Assembly (NCBI GenBank): GCA_037439545.1
Contig: JBBIVV010000001.1
Span: forward strand, 64,001 to 128,000
Source: a bacterium
GTDB taxonomy: Bacteria > JAMCPX01
Direction of reading: 5' to 3'
Length of the DNA stretch: 64,000 bases
In this document: positions 10,022 through 19,965 of the stretch, piece by piece
Numbering within the stretch: position 1 is the first letter of the stretch
Layout: every line of letters starts with the position of its first letter
Translations under genes and position numbers: made by a program
Notes under the pieces: model-generated
Told to the model about the DNA's origin: nothing
The model's input: the letters and a program-made list of their open reading frames with translations, nothing else
The model's database searches: none

Positions 10022-10473
10022 GACTTTCCGGCCACTGTTTTTAGAAGCTTGTATGTATAGGTAATGCGGGCTGCTTTACCTAACATTGCAGATGCCGAAC
10101 AAAATTTGTCCTGTGAAAGTTCTATGGCTCTCCTGACATCTCCGTCTTCCATGTCACCTTCAATTATATATTCGAGGTTTATTTTTGTGTAAATCTTCGG
10201 GTGATCAGAGGCTCTCTCGGCATCGATGTTCAATTTGAAATGTTGAATATGCTTCCTCATTTTTTTTAGAATCGAAACGACGTCCATTCCCGTGCATCCA
10301 CCGAGACCTATGAGCAAAAGCTCCATGGGCCTCGCTCCTGTATCGGCACCATCGTGAATTTTTTCTGCATCCATAACGACCGTATGCCCGGAGTTAGGAA
10401 TGCCTTCGAAACGCATTCCATCCTTCCATATGATTTCAATTTTCGGTTGTGTTCCTTGTTCTATTTTTGACAT
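10018..10473 (-). CDS. OsmC/YhfA family protein
   Basis: GARPMELLLIGLGGCTGMDV and LSQDKFCSAS; start moved to MSKIEQ. Confidence 0.9.
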   Translation of the reverse strand: MSKIEQGTQPKIEIIWKDGMRFEGIPNSGHTVVMDAEKIHDGADTGARPMELLLIGLGGCTGMDVVSILKKMRKHIQHFKLNIDAERASDHPKIYTKINLEYIIEGDMEDGDVRRAIELSQDKFCSASAMLGKAARITYTYKLLKTVAGKS

Positions 10474-10474
10474 A

Positions 10475-11827
10475 TTATACTTTTTTTGTAGCATCATTTG
10501 CCGCAATAAGCAATGGATCCCACACCGGAGAAAAAGGAGGTGCATAGCTGAGATCGAGTCTGGATAAATCATCGATTGTCATACCTTTGTACAATCCGGC
10601 AACGATAATGTCTATTCTTTTTGAAACACCTTCGCCTCCGACCATCTGTGCTCCCAATAGTTTCCCGCTCTTTTTCTCAAAAACAAGTTTTATGGTGATA
10701 GGTTTTGAACCGGGATAATAATGTGCCCGTGTTTTTGATGTAATAGTTGCTGAAACGGCATTGAATCTATGATCGATGGCTTCTTTTTCCGTTAAGCCTG
10801 TTTTTGCGACTTCAAGATCGAATATTTTTACGACCGCTGTGCCTGCGACTCCTTTGAATATTTCATTTGCTCCGGCAATGTTTGCGCCTGCAATCTTGCC
10901 TTGCTTATTGGCTGTCGTTCCCATGGGGATGAAGAGATCTTTTTTCAAGATTATGTGTTTTGCAGTTGCACAGTCTCCCGCCGAATATATGTGCGGTATA
11001 TTCGTTTCCATTCTTTCGTTCACAAGTATTGCATCATGCGCACCTGTTATAATACCGGCATTCTTTGCAATTCCTGAGTTCGGCTTGACACCGATGCCCA
11101 GTATAACCATATCAACATCAAAACTGCCGGTTGTCGTATCTATTCTTATAAGCCCGCTGTCTTTTCTGTCGAAAGATTTGACCTCCGTAGATTTGAGTAT
11201 CTTTACACCGTTGCTTTCAAGCGTTTTTTCAACAACCGATGTGATCTCGTCATCCATGGTGCCGAGTATATTCGGAAGTTTCTCTATAATGATAACTTCA
11301 AATCCAAGTACTTTGAGTGACTCTGCCATTTCCATGCCGATATAACCTGCTCCAATAATGGCTGTTCTCTTTACAGGATTGGATTTTATATAGCCTTTGA
11401 TGGCAATACCATCATCAAGCGTTCTGATCTGCAGGATTGCAGGGTTATCAATACCCGGGATGGAAGGCTTTATTGCTGAAGCACCGGTGGTAATAGCAAG
11501 GTAGTCATACGGAAATACCACATCTTTTTTTACGTTATGGTCTATAGCGTACACGTTTCCCTCTTTGGAATCTATACTGATGACCTCAATTTTTGTTACT
11601 ACATCAATGTCGCGGTCCGACTTGAATTTCTCTTTTGTAATAGCAATAAGATCCGTATGCTTCTTCACCTGGTCCGTTATATAATAAGGCAGGCCGCATG
11701 AACCGTAGGAAATAAATTCTGTTTTTTCAATCGCTATAACATTCAGTGATGGCTTTCTTCTCTTTGCCTGGCTCGCTGCACTCATTCCTGCTGCAACGCC
11801 GCCAACAATAACAACATGTTCGGGCAT
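10475..11827 (-). CDS. CoA-disulfide reductase / NADH oxidase family flavoprotein
   Basis: GGVAAGMSAA, SYGSCGLPY single-Cys site, GAGYIGME, YAPPFSPVWD; start MPEHV follows a GGAGAG SD. Confidence 0.85.
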   Translation of the reverse strand: MPEHVVIVGGVAAGMSAASQAKRRKPSLNVIAIEKTEFISYGSCGLPYYITDQVKKHTDLIAITKEKFKSDRDIDVVTKIEVISIDSKEGNVYAIDHNVKKDVVFPYDYLAITTGASAIKPSIPGIDNPAILQIRTLDDGIAIKGYIKSNPVKRTAIIGAGYIGMEMAESLKVLGFEVIIIEKLPNILGTMDDEITSVVEKTLESNGVKILKSTEVKSFDRKDSGLIRIDTTTGSFDVDMVILGIGVKPNSGIAKNAGIITGAHDAILVNERMETNIPHIYSAGDCATAKHIILKKDLFIPMGTTANKQGKIAGANIAGANEIFKGVAGTAVVKIFDLEVAKTGLTEKEAIDHRFNAVSATITSKTRAHYYPGSKPITIKLVFEKKSGKLLGAQMVGGEGVSKRIDIIVAGLYKGMTIDDLSRLDLSYAPPFSPVWDPLLIAANDATKKV

Positions 11828-11894
11828 ATAGTAACTCTCCTTCAAGGGTGGGCAGAGAACCCCTCCCGCTCCTCAATAAAAATATCTATCTTTA

Positions 11895-12542
11895 TCAGTG
11901 TTGCTCAAGCGCTGAAAGGACGCTGTCTATAAATTGATCCTCAGGCAGTGATCCTACGAACTCCACGTGGTCATTTACAACGGTTTTTGGAACTGATTGT
12001 ACACTATACTTATTACTTACATCGGGAAACTCTGTTGCTTCAACCATATCTGCAGTGACAAATTCGTTCTCTATCGCTATCTTGTGCGCTGTTCTGACTG
12101 CCTTTGAACAATAGGGACAGCTCGGTGTGACGAAAACCTGTATCCTTACGGGCTTGTTTATTGTTTTAAGCTTAGTTTTTGAGTCCTCCGACAGGTTGGT
12201 TACGCCTTCAGACACGTCCATAATATCTTCTATAACCGAGGCAAACTCATAACCAGCGGGAATGCCGTAATATCTAATGCCGTAGTCCTTCGTACCTTCT
12301 ATGATAAGAGCAGGAAACTTGTCTATCTTATAGTGGTCCTTTTTATCGCTTTGAGCGGCATAGTCATATTGTTCTACTTTTATTTTTGATGAAAGCGAAG
12401 CGAGTTCATCCACGAGCATTTTTTCATCATTACAGTACGTGCAGTCCTGTTCCTGGGTGAATAGGATCAATTTTACATCATTCTTTAGTTTTAAAAACTC
12501 GTTTTTTAAATACTCTCTGTCTTTATCCTGCAGTAACGCCAT
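11895..12542 (-). CDS. protein disulfide oxidoreductase (PDO / AhpF-NTD-like, two CxxC)
   Basis: CTYC and CPYC; YYGIPAGYEF; QSVP. Confidence 0.9.
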   Translation of the reverse strand: MALLQDKDREYLKNEFLKLKNDVKLILFTQEQDCTYCNDEKMLVDELASLSSKIKVEQYDYAAQSDKKDHYKIDKFPALIIEGTKDYGIRYYGIPAGYEFASVIEDIMDVSEGVTNLSEDSKTKLKTINKPVRIQVFVTPSCPYCSKAVRTAHKIAIENEFVTADMVEATEFPDVSNKYSVQSVPKTVVNDHVEFVGSLPEDQFIDSVLSALEQH

Positions 12543-12554
12543 GTTACCTCCATT

Positions 12555-13538
12555 TTATTTTTTTATCAATCCTCTATTTTCAATATACCTTTGCACTGCA
12601 GCTCCTGCCGTAGCTCCATCTCCGACTGCGGTCGAAACCTGTCTCACTGTCTTTGCCCTTATGTCTCCTGCAGCAAATATACCTGACAGGTTAGTTTCCA
12701 TTTCAGGTGTAGTAATTATATGGCCGCTTTCGTTCAGTGTTACAATATTTTTCACAAAGGATGTGTTCGGTTTCGTTCCGATAAAAATAAATACCCCGGC
12801 TATTTTCTTTATGGCAGTAACACCGGTTTTAACATTCTTTATATCGGCTTCTTCCACGGTTTTTGTGCCTCTGATCTCTGTAACGACAGAATCCCATATA
12901 AATTCTATCGCCGGTATACTGAACGCTTTTTCCTGGAGTATTTTTTCAGCCCTCAGTTTGTCCCTGCGATGGACGATGAAGAGTTTTTTTACAAAGCGGG
13001 TAAGGAATATGGCATCACCTATTGCAGTGTCACCTCCTCCGATAAGTACTATCTCTTTACCTCTAAAAAATGCACCATCGCACTGGGCACAGTATGAAAC
13101 GCCGCGCCCCGTGAACTGTTTCTCGCCTTTTACGTCCAATTTAACGTTTTCTGTTCCCGCCGCTATGATAACGGCCTTCGCGGCGATTTTACGGCCATCG
13201 GTGGTATTTACAATCCTGTCATCACCTTCGATACCTATGCTTTGTGCGCCGGTTTCGCAGATTTCGACTCCGAATGACCTGGCCTGTTCTTCCATTGCAG
13301 AGGTGAGATCAGAGCCTGAAATACCCTTTGGAAAACCGGGATAATTTTCCACAACATCGGCAACGACTATCTCTCCGCCTATGGCTTTTTCTTCGAGGAG
13401 CAGGGTTCTTAATCTTGCCCTTGCCGTATAGATGCCGGCAGTAAGGCCTGCGGGTCCGCCTCCGATTATGACACAATCATAGGAATCACATGACGGCTTT
13501 TCTTCAGCCCGGTCAATTGTTAAGTCTGATAAGAGCAT
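12555..13538 (-). CDS. trxB: thioredoxin-disulfide reductase
   Basis: GGGPAGL, ENYPGF, GRGVSYCAQCDG, GGGDTA, FAAGD. Confidence 0.93.
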   Translation of the reverse strand: MLLSDLTIDRAEEKPSCDSYDCVIIGGGPAGLTAGIYTARARLRTLLLEEKAIGGEIVVADVVENYPGFPKGISGSDLTSAMEEQARSFGVEICETGAQSIGIEGDDRIVNTTDGRKIAAKAVIIAAGTENVKLDVKGEKQFTGRGVSYCAQCDGAFFRGKEIVLIGGGDTAIGDAIFLTRFVKKLFIVHRRDKLRAEKILQEKAFSIPAIEFIWDSVVTEIRGTKTVEEADIKNVKTGVTAIKKIAGVFIFIGTKPNTSFVKNIVTLNESGHIITTPEMETNLSGIFAAGDIRAKTVRQVSTAVGDGATAGAAVQRYIENRGLIKK

Positions 13539-13896
13539 TATCTATAAACCTTTCGTATTCCGATACCTTTGCTGCCCCGATGAGTCTTTCTACAGAGTTG
13601 CCATGATAGTATACTACAAATGTCGGAAGGCTCGTTATCTGATATGACGATGTTATGTTCTGACAAGCATCGGCATTCATCCTGTAGAATGTTATGCGAT
13701 CTTTATATTTGAGTGCAAGTTTCTCCACGATAGGTTTTACACTATGGCAAGCAGCACACCAATCTGCCCAGAAGTCAACGATAACAGGCTTATTGGACTT
13801 CAGTACAAGGCTGTAGAATTCTTCACAGTTTATATTGGCGAGTACTACAGAACCTGTCTCTCTGTTTTTTTCTTTTATTATCTCGGGTTTAACCAT
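13513..13896 (-). CDS. thioredoxin (WCAAC variant)
   Basis: VDFWADWCAACH; ITSLPT. Confidence 0.85.
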   Translation of the reverse strand: MVKPEIIKEKNRETGSVVLANINCEEFYSLVLKSNKPVIVDFWADWCAACHSVKPIVEKLALKYKDRITFYRMNADACQNITSSYQITSLPTFVVYYHGNSVERLIGAAKVSEYERFIDNALIRLNN

Positions 13897-13911
13897 GGTA
13901 TGGAGATGCTC

Positions 13912-14238
13912 TTACAGCACCTTACTTAACATTTTTTCAATGTTGGATTTCGGCACTGCTCCGACTATTTGATCCACTACCTTTCCGTCTTTAAAAAGAA
14001 TAATCGTCGGTATGCCCATTATATTGTACTGGGTCGGCGTACGCGGGTTCTCGTCGGTGTTCAGCCTGCCGAACTTTATTTTTGTATCGTACTGTTCCGA
14101 TAATGCCTTAAAAGAAGGTTCAATCATCTTGCATGGCATACACCAGTCAGCCCAGAAGTCTATGGCGACCGGTTTGTCCGACTTCATTACCTCTTTGTCA
14201 AAATTGTCATCTGTTACAATGAACATTTTCTCACTCAT
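13912..14238 (-). CDS. trxA: thioredoxin
   Basis: DFWADWCMPCK; MGIPT; GAVPK; SD GGAGG. Confidence 0.92.
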   Translation of the reverse strand: MSEKMFIVTDDNFDKEVMKSDKPVAIDFWADWCMPCKMIEPSFKALSEQYDTKIKFGRLNTDENPRTPTQYNIMGIPTIILFKDGKVVDQIVGAVPKSNIEKMLSKVL

Positions 14239-14298
14239 ATCTCAATCCTCCTGCTGTATAGTACAGCATATTTACTTTCAGAAATTCCTTTACTTACC

Positions 14299-14357
14299 GT
14301 AAGACGGGCATCCTGCCCGCCACATTCATAATGCCGGTCACTATGCCCCGCCTGCAC
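14299..14357. repeat. REP-like palindrome (GTAAGACGGGCATCCTGCCCGCC) with a degenerate partner
   Basis: CGGGCA-tcc-TGCCCG stem in an intergenic spacer. Confidence 0.5.
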
Positions 14358-14391
14358 TTGAATGTTTTGCCCATAATTTCTTCCCATGAGC

Positions 14392-15288
14392 TTACTTGTT
14401 TTCCATGAACCATCGGTAGGTCCTTTCCACTCCGTCTTTTATATCAATCGACGGTTTCCAGCCGAGAGTTCCAGCTTTTGTATTTATTAATATATCAATT
14501 TGATCATCGTGTTTCAAGATTTCAAGCGGGATGTCCTGCTTGCCCGAAACCTGTTTGAATATATTGAACACCTCCGATACCTTTATGCCTGTTCCGGAGC
14601 TTATGTTCACCGTCTCATTGTCCCATTTTTTATCCAATGAAGAAATGAGGGCGCGTGCAGCATCATCGACATGAAGAAAATCATACAGAGAACCGGGGCT
14701 GTCATAAAGTGTTACTTTGTTCTTTTTAATTATCCCCTCAGCCATATCAAACACGGGATTGCGCTCCATTAAAGGGCCGTATAAACGTGAAAACCTCAGT
14801 ATTGTATATGAGAGGGAAAACTTATCCCTGTAAAGCCTGATCATGTTTTCGGCGTTCCATTTTGTAGAACCATAATACGTATTTTTAGGAACAGGATCCT
14901 CCTCTTTTGCATGGTCGGTCGCCTTATAAACTGCAGCAGATGATGAAAAAACAATCTTTTTAATTTTTGCCCTCCGCACCATCTCGAGTACATTGACTGT
15001 CCCAAGCACATTGACCTTGAAACAGCCGAGGGGCTCTTCCGTTGCCTTTCGTTCCGAAGAAACGCTTGCCAGGTGGAACACGTAGTCGACGTCCCTGAAA
15101 GGGTGCTCAATATCTTCAAATTTTGTAATATCACCCGGGAAAAATTTGAATAGTTTGTTATGGATTATGGGTTCAAGGGAAGGTCTTTTTGCCCGTGCGA
15201 CTCCATGCACTTCATGCCCGAGTCCGAGCAATGATTCTGCTACATGATATCCGAGCAAGCTTGTGATGCCTGTGACGCCTATCTTCAT
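14392..15288 (-). CDS. NAD-dependent epimerase/dehydratase (extended SDR)
   Basis: TGITSLLG, FHLAS, FSSSAAVY, YGSTK. Confidence 0.88.
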   Translation of the reverse strand: MKIGVTGITSLLGYHVAESLLGLGHEVHGVARAKRPSLEPIIHNKLFKFFPGDITKFEDIEHPFRDVDYVFHLASVSSERKATEEPLGCFKVNVLGTVNVLEMVRRAKIKKIVFSSSAAVYKATDHAKEEDPVPKNTYYGSTKWNAENMIRLYRDKFSLSYTILRFSRLYGPLMERNPVFDMAEGIIKKNKVTLYDSPGSLYDFLHVDDAARALISSLDKKWDNETVNISSGTGIKVSEVFNIFKQVSGKQDIPLEILKHDDQIDILINTKAGTLGWKPSIDIKDGVERTYRWFMENK

Positions 15289-16244
15289 CTATTCCCCTCA
15301 TGACTTTCCAGCAGTTCTAAAACCCATGCCGCGAGAAGAGGGAACATAATCTCATGATGACCGGTGAGGGCAAATCCCTGTCCGCCTGTTTTTGTCGGTC
15401 TCTTTACGACATTCTCAAGGGGCCTATAATGCTGGATCATGTCCATATTTACGGCCGTAAAATTTTTCACCTCATAGCCTATATTCCGTGTTATCGAGAG
15501 AGCCTTCAAGAATACCTCCGGCAGGATTACTGCAGAACCTATGTTTATAATAACGCCGTTTTCAAGCATGGATACGATGGTTGCAAACTTTCTGAAGTCT
15601 ATCTCTGTTCCTTTGCCTATTGACGCACCGTCAGCCTTCGGGTGCATATGTATAATATCAGTGCCGTATGCAACGTGGACAGTGAGAGGAATACCGAGCT
15701 TGTAAGCGTTGTAGGTTATGCTCATATCTCTGTACGGCGCATCAATCGATGAGAGCATTTCCCCGGCAGCCTCGCCGATACCGATGCCCTTCGCAGAGCC
15801 CGATTGAATCGCCTCGTTCAGCAGGGAACCTGTTTCCTCTGCCATACCGAAACTGCCGTCCTTTATAGTGACGGCAACGTCCTCCGATGTCTCTCCAATC
15901 AGCGCAATCTCCGTATCGTGTATTACACCGGCACCCTGCATGGCTATTGCAGTGATGGCATTGTTTTGCATCAATTGAATGACAAGCGGCGAGAGCCCGA
16001 CCTTTATGACACTGTCGCCCATTGCAAGTATGATCTGCTTATTGTTTTTCTTAGCGGCAACGATTGCCTCTGCGGATGCCTTCAAATCCTCTGTCTTCAG
16101 TATTTTCGGCAGGCTCTCCAAAAACTGTTTTAAAGACCAGCCTTTTTTGTAAGGCAATACAAAATCCTGTACTTTAACTTTATTCTTGCGCATCTTTATT
16201 GAACTGGTTTTTACCCTTTTCAGGTCTATCGGCTCTATCTTCAT
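15285..16244 (-). CDS. deoxyhypusine-synthase-like hypothetical protein
   Basis: AMGDSVIKVG, GAGVIHDTE, GTDIIHMHP, IGSAVILPEVFLKA, GHHEIMFPLL. Confidence 0.6.
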   Translation of the reverse strand: MKIEPIDLKRVKTSSIKMRKNKVKVQDFVLPYKKGWSLKQFLESLPKILKTEDLKASAEAIVAAKKNNKQIILAMGDSVIKVGLSPLVIQLMQNNAITAIAMQGAGVIHDTEIALIGETSEDVAVTIKDGSFGMAEETGSLLNEAIQSGSAKGIGIGEAAGEMLSSIDAPYRDMSITYNAYKLGIPLTVHVAYGTDIIHMHPKADGASIGKGTEIDFRKFATIVSMLENGVIINIGSAVILPEVFLKALSITRNIGYEVKNFTAVNMDMIQHYRPLENVVKRPTKTGGQGFALTGHHEIMFPLLAAWVLELLESHEGNR

Positions 16245-16364
16245 CGAGTATATTCCTTTCTATATTTTTATAAATCTATCGCTATTCTATTCCATAATTA
16301 ACGGTTTTCTCTTTTTAAAGCTGTTTCCCTGAAGAACAGCACCCGTCTTACCGGAAAATTTCAT

Positions 16365-16931
16365 CTATTCTCCCTGGTAGGTAAAAGTAAACCTGAGTTC
16401 TGTGATAGAATCTCCGTAGCATTGACACTTTGATATTCCAGATTTTACATCCTTGAATTTACACATAAACATAAATTGCTCAAGCCATCCCTGCACATTT
16501 TTGACATGGGCTATATGTATCTCAGAGAATTCTATTATCGTTATCGTTACTTCATTTTTTGAAATGATGTTCGCTTCTACCTGTCCTGTGTCAAAATAGC
16601 TGTTCCAGACGCTCATCGCCCTCGTCAGTAACACCTTCGGATTGACAAAGCTTAAAAAGACTTTGTACATCGATGACAGGTCATGCTGTGCTGAAAGCCT
16701 TCCCTGTTCAATACAATAAGATAAATCTCCCTTCCCTACGACCTTGTCCAGCGTTTTCAGCAGGTCTGTATAAAGCTTGTAAGGATACCATTCCGTCAGC
16801 ATGATGTGCTCGTCCATGTATTTCTTTGTCTCCGGCGGCAGGGAGGATATGATCTTCGGCAGAGTGTCTTTCATGTTCTTTTTTATAAACTTTATTAAGC
16901 CGAGAATAGCAACGCCCTTTACCTGTGCCAT
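16365..16931 (-). CDS. TIGR02265/DUF2378-like (V4R/H-NOX-like) ligand-binding protein
   Basis: VKG...EWYP...GR.SA...W.SYFDTG...C..GD pattern; start MAQVK after AAGGAG. Confidence 0.55.
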   Translation of the reverse strand: MAQVKGVAILGLIKFIKKNMKDTLPKIISSLPPETKKYMDEHIMLTEWYPYKLYTDLLKTLDKVVGKGDLSYCIEQGRLSAQHDLSSMYKVFLSFVNPKVLLTRAMSVWNSYFDTGQVEANIISKNEVTITIIEFSEIHIAHVKNVQGWLEQFMFMCKFKDVKSGISKCQCYGDSITELRFTFTYQGE

Positions 16932-16990
16932 GTTTTTCTCCTTTACCTGGTGTACCATTGTTACTTTATAAGTTTGTCATAAGTCAACAA

Positions 16991-17019
16991 TTGCAAAAGT
17001 TCTTTTGCTATGCCATAGT
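16991..17019 (+). promoter_or_regulatory. putative sigma70 promoter of the lipase gene
   Basis: TTGCAA-17-CATAGT, followed by SD AGGGAGG. Confidence 0.45.
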
Positions 17020-17035
17020 GTAGTAGGGAGGAATT

Positions 17036-19060
17036 ATGAAAAAGTATATACTATTAAATCTGGTAATGTTTTTGTTTGCCTATGCGGGCTGTACAAGCAG
17101 TTCGTCGTCACCAGCATCGGGCCCTAAAGTATTTTTCAAACCTGCTGCAACAGCTTCAGGTGTCGTTTACCGGTCGATTCCATTTCCCAACGATCTTTAT
17201 CTTTCAGGCAATGTATACAGCTCAGCGGGCTTCAATGCGATAGCTCCAAGCACTGATCCGAACCTTTCATCGAGGACAGCACTGAACAACATGCTGATTC
17301 CCATGATGAACACGATAGACGGCTTTGGCACATCAGGCGCCGTGCTGTTCAGCCTGTCCGGCACCGTCGACCAGTTGACCCTGCCGCAAACAGTTCAGGC
17401 CTCGTTACAACCGACTGCGAGCGCATTCATCATCGATATAGATCAAAATTCGCCGGATTATGGAAAGCTCGCCCCTGCGGTGTTTCTTTTTACTGCAACG
17501 ACTTACAATGGCACCGATTACCTTTATACGCTCGGGATCAAGCCTGCGTACGGCTATCCTCTGGCCCAAGGAACCAGGTATGCTGTTGTCATAACCACAA
17601 AGGTTAAAGGCAGCAATGGCGCAGGTCTTTCACCGGATGCGGGCTTCAATACGATAAAAACGTCTGCTGTCCTATCGGACCCTTTGCTCGAAAAGGCGAG
17701 GCAGTTGTACGCACCGCTATTTTCAATACTCTCGAAACCGCCCTATGATCTCGGCTATTCAAATATAGCCGGTGCAACGGTGTTCACGACAGAGCAAATA
17801 ACGCCTGTCATACAGCATATTATATCTTGGCTCACGACGACGACCTTGCCGATTCCAAACTTCACCTCAACGACTGAGCAGTCCACGGTTATCTCCAAGC
17901 CTACATTCTCATACATCACCGGAGAATTCGCATCGCCGAACTTTCTGACTGATCCCGTATCAGGCACGATACAGGTCGATGCGGCGGGCAATCCCATATT
18001 GCAGGGCTGGTCGACGTTGTATTTTTCTGTCACTGTGCCGGCAGCGGCACCGCCTGCAGGCGGCTATCCGGTTGCGATTGTCCAGCATGGCCTGGGCAGT
18101 GACCGGGCACAGATAATCCTGTCCGTTGCAGACCGGTTCGCACAGCATGGCATAGCATGCATCAGTATCAATGCAGTCGATCACGGTGACAGGGCTCCGG
18201 GTGGCGACGCAACCAAAGCTACTATTGATTTTCTGAATTTTGTCGCACCATTTTCTATCCGCGATCATTTTATTCAGACTGTTACGGACATAATCCAGCT
18301 CTCGAGGCTTGCACAGAGTCCCACGCTTACAACCTTGCTTACAACATATATGGGCAGGCCGGTCATGTTCAATACGACGAACGATACGAATCCCACTTCA
18401 TACATAGGACAGTCGCTCGGCGGCATCATAGGAAGCTTTTATATAAGTGTTGCTCCCTACACGAAGAATGCAGTGATCAATGTCGGTGGAGGGGAGCTTT
18501 CATCATTACTTATGAACTCGCCGGTCATCTACACGGAGTTTATGCCTATCATTTCGAGTATACTTGCGATACCATCGTGGATTGTCCCTTCACTTGCTAC
18601 CGATGAAGTGGTGATGTTCCAGTCTTTGATCGATCCCGGGGATTCGATGAATTACGGACGTTTCGCACTGAAACAGCCGCTTTCAGCACTTGGATTTACG
18701 AAACAGATACTGTTCCAGATGGCTGACCTTGACCAGCTTGTTCCTCATCTATCGACAGAAGGAGAGGCAACTGCTATGGGCGTTACCGGCGTATCGAGAG
18801 GAGACACCGACCCGCTCATCGTCCTCCCTTTTTTCACCTTTACGACATATACTCCGCCGGTGAATATGAACGGTATATATCAGTACTATGGCACGCATGG
18901 TATGCTGAATACTCCTACTGATACAGTAGCGCTTGAGGAAACCTATCCGTTCGCAAAATTGGCCAATCCGCTTACCATAACCAATCCTTTAATACAGATT
19001 CAAAACCAGGCAGCGACGTTTCTCACCACGGGCGTGATTATCAATCCATGGGTTCCGTAG
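17036..19060 (+). CDS. Pla-1/cef (VolA)-like extracellular lipase lipoprotein
   Basis: Lipobox AYAGC; IPFPND; DGFGTS; PVAIVQHGL; DHGDR; nucleophile elbow GQSLGG. Confidence 0.75.
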   Translation: MKKYILLNLVMFLFAYAGCTSSSSSPASGPKVFFKPAATASGVVYRSIPFPNDLYLSGNVYSSAGFNAIAPSTDPNLSSRTALNNMLIPMMNTIDGFGTSGAVLFSLSGTVDQLTLPQTVQASLQPTASAFIIDIDQNSPDYGKLAPAVFLFTATTYNGTDYLYTLGIKPAYGYPLAQGTRYAVVITTKVKGSNGAGLSPDAGFNTIKTSAVLSDPLLEKARQLYAPLFSILSKPPYDLGYSNIAGATVFTTEQITPVIQHIISWLTTTTLPIPNFTSTTEQSTVISKPTFSYITGEFASPNFLTDPVSGTIQVDAAGNPILQGWSTLYFSVTVPAAAPPAGGYPVAIVQHGLGSDRAQIILSVADRFAQHGIACISINAVDHGDRAPGGDATKATIDFLNFVAPFSIRDHFIQTVTDIIQLSRLAQSPTLTTLLTTYMGRPVMFNTTNDTNPTSYIGQSLGGIIGSFYISVAPYTKNAVINVGGGELSSLLMNSPVIYTEFMPIISSILAIPSWIVPSLATDEVVMFQSLIDPGDSMNYGRFALKQPLSALGFTKQILFQMADLDQLVPHLSTEGEATAMGVTGVSRGDTDPLIVLPFFTFTTYTPPVNMNGIYQYYGTHGMLNTPTDTVALEETYPFAKLANPLTITNPLIQIQNQAATFLTTGVIINPWVP

Positions 19061-19071
19061 AGATAAATCGA

Positions 19072-19154
19072 AAAATCTCCCCTTGCCCCTCTTTTTCAAA
19101 GAGGGGGATGGTTTTTTCTCCTCCCTTTGGAAAAGGGAGGCAGGGAGGGATTTT
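19072..19154. repeat. paired inverted C/G-run element (MITE/REP-like), possibly also a terminator
   Basis: AAAATCTCCCCTTGCCCCTCTTTTTCAAAGAGGGG is inverted relative to CCTCCCTTTGGAAAAGGGAGGCAGGGAGGGATTTT; each half is a hairpin. Confidence 0.75.
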
Positions 19155-19199
19155 ATTTATATGATCCGCCTCATACACATAGTTGACATCTTTCATTAA

Positions 19200-19964
19200 A
19201 TGATAGGTATGAAGATGAAGGACATACCCTTTCCCAAAGAATACGGCTCATGGGGCATACTGCTGACATCCTGTGTTATCGGCATATTTATTCAGGGACA
19301 GGTAACAGGGCGGACCTTTGTCTCGCTTGCAGGTATTGCGCTCCTTTTCATGACAAAAGCCCCCATAGGTATCTTTGTGAGGAGAAGGAAGATAACTTTT
19401 TTCCTATTTACGCTCGTGTATGGGGTTGCCGGCATACTTTTGCTTTTGCCAGTGGTCCTCGACTTCAGCATGAGAGACACTTTTTTTTTATTAACTATTC
19501 CCCTGATGACCGTCGGCGTATATGTTGTGTCGGCGTATTTGCACAAAGAGCGGGCATCAGTGGTTGAGCTGTTCGCAATGACAACACTCACATTGCCCGT
19601 ACTGTTCTTTTATCTTCAGGGTTCAGGCAGACCTGGTATTGGTATCGTTCTTTTATGGGTTTCAACTTTTTTATATTTTTCTGCAAGTATATTTCGCGTG
19701 AAGATGCTGCTCTATAAAAAAACAGCTTACAGGATTGCGAATATCCTGTACCTTACGTTCGTATTCATAGTTGTTTCAATCATGATCTACCTGCAATTCA
19801 TCCCGCTGCTTTCTGCTGCTGCATTCACGCCATTACTCGAAAACATTACAGACACCTTCAGACATGCGCGCAGGCACAATCTTAAGCTCGTCGGCATAAC
19901 GGAGCTTGTAAAAGGAACTGCTTTTGCGGTCATTATTATAATGGCCGAGAGACACATGATGTAA
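19200..19964 (+). CDS. YwiC-like membrane protein
   Basis: PKEYGSW N-terminal motif; multiple TM helices; C-terminal K.VG..E; start may be 19209 or 19215. Confidence 0.7.
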   Translation: MIGMKMKDIPFPKEYGSWGILLTSCVIGIFIQGQVTGRTFVSLAGIALLFMTKAPIGIFVRRRKITFFLFTLVYGVAGILLLLPVVLDFSMRDTFFLLTIPLMTVGVYVVSAYLHKERASVVELFAMTTLTLPVLFFYLQGSGRPGIGIVLLWVSTFLYFSASIFRVKMLLYKKTAYRIANILYLTFVFIVVSIMIYLQFIPLLSAAAFTPLLENITDTFRHARRHNLKLVGITELVKGTAFAVIIIMAERHMM

Positions 19965-19965
19965 T

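Noticed and set aside
12439..13344. Long antisense ORFs (also 34712-35617, 10776-11345, 42260-42847, 54813-55388)
   Set aside because: Shadows of well-supported genes on the opposite strand, with no motifs.
14235..14387. 50-aa minus-strand ORF between the epimerase and trxA
   Set aside because: No SD or motif; it runs through a REP-like palindrome.
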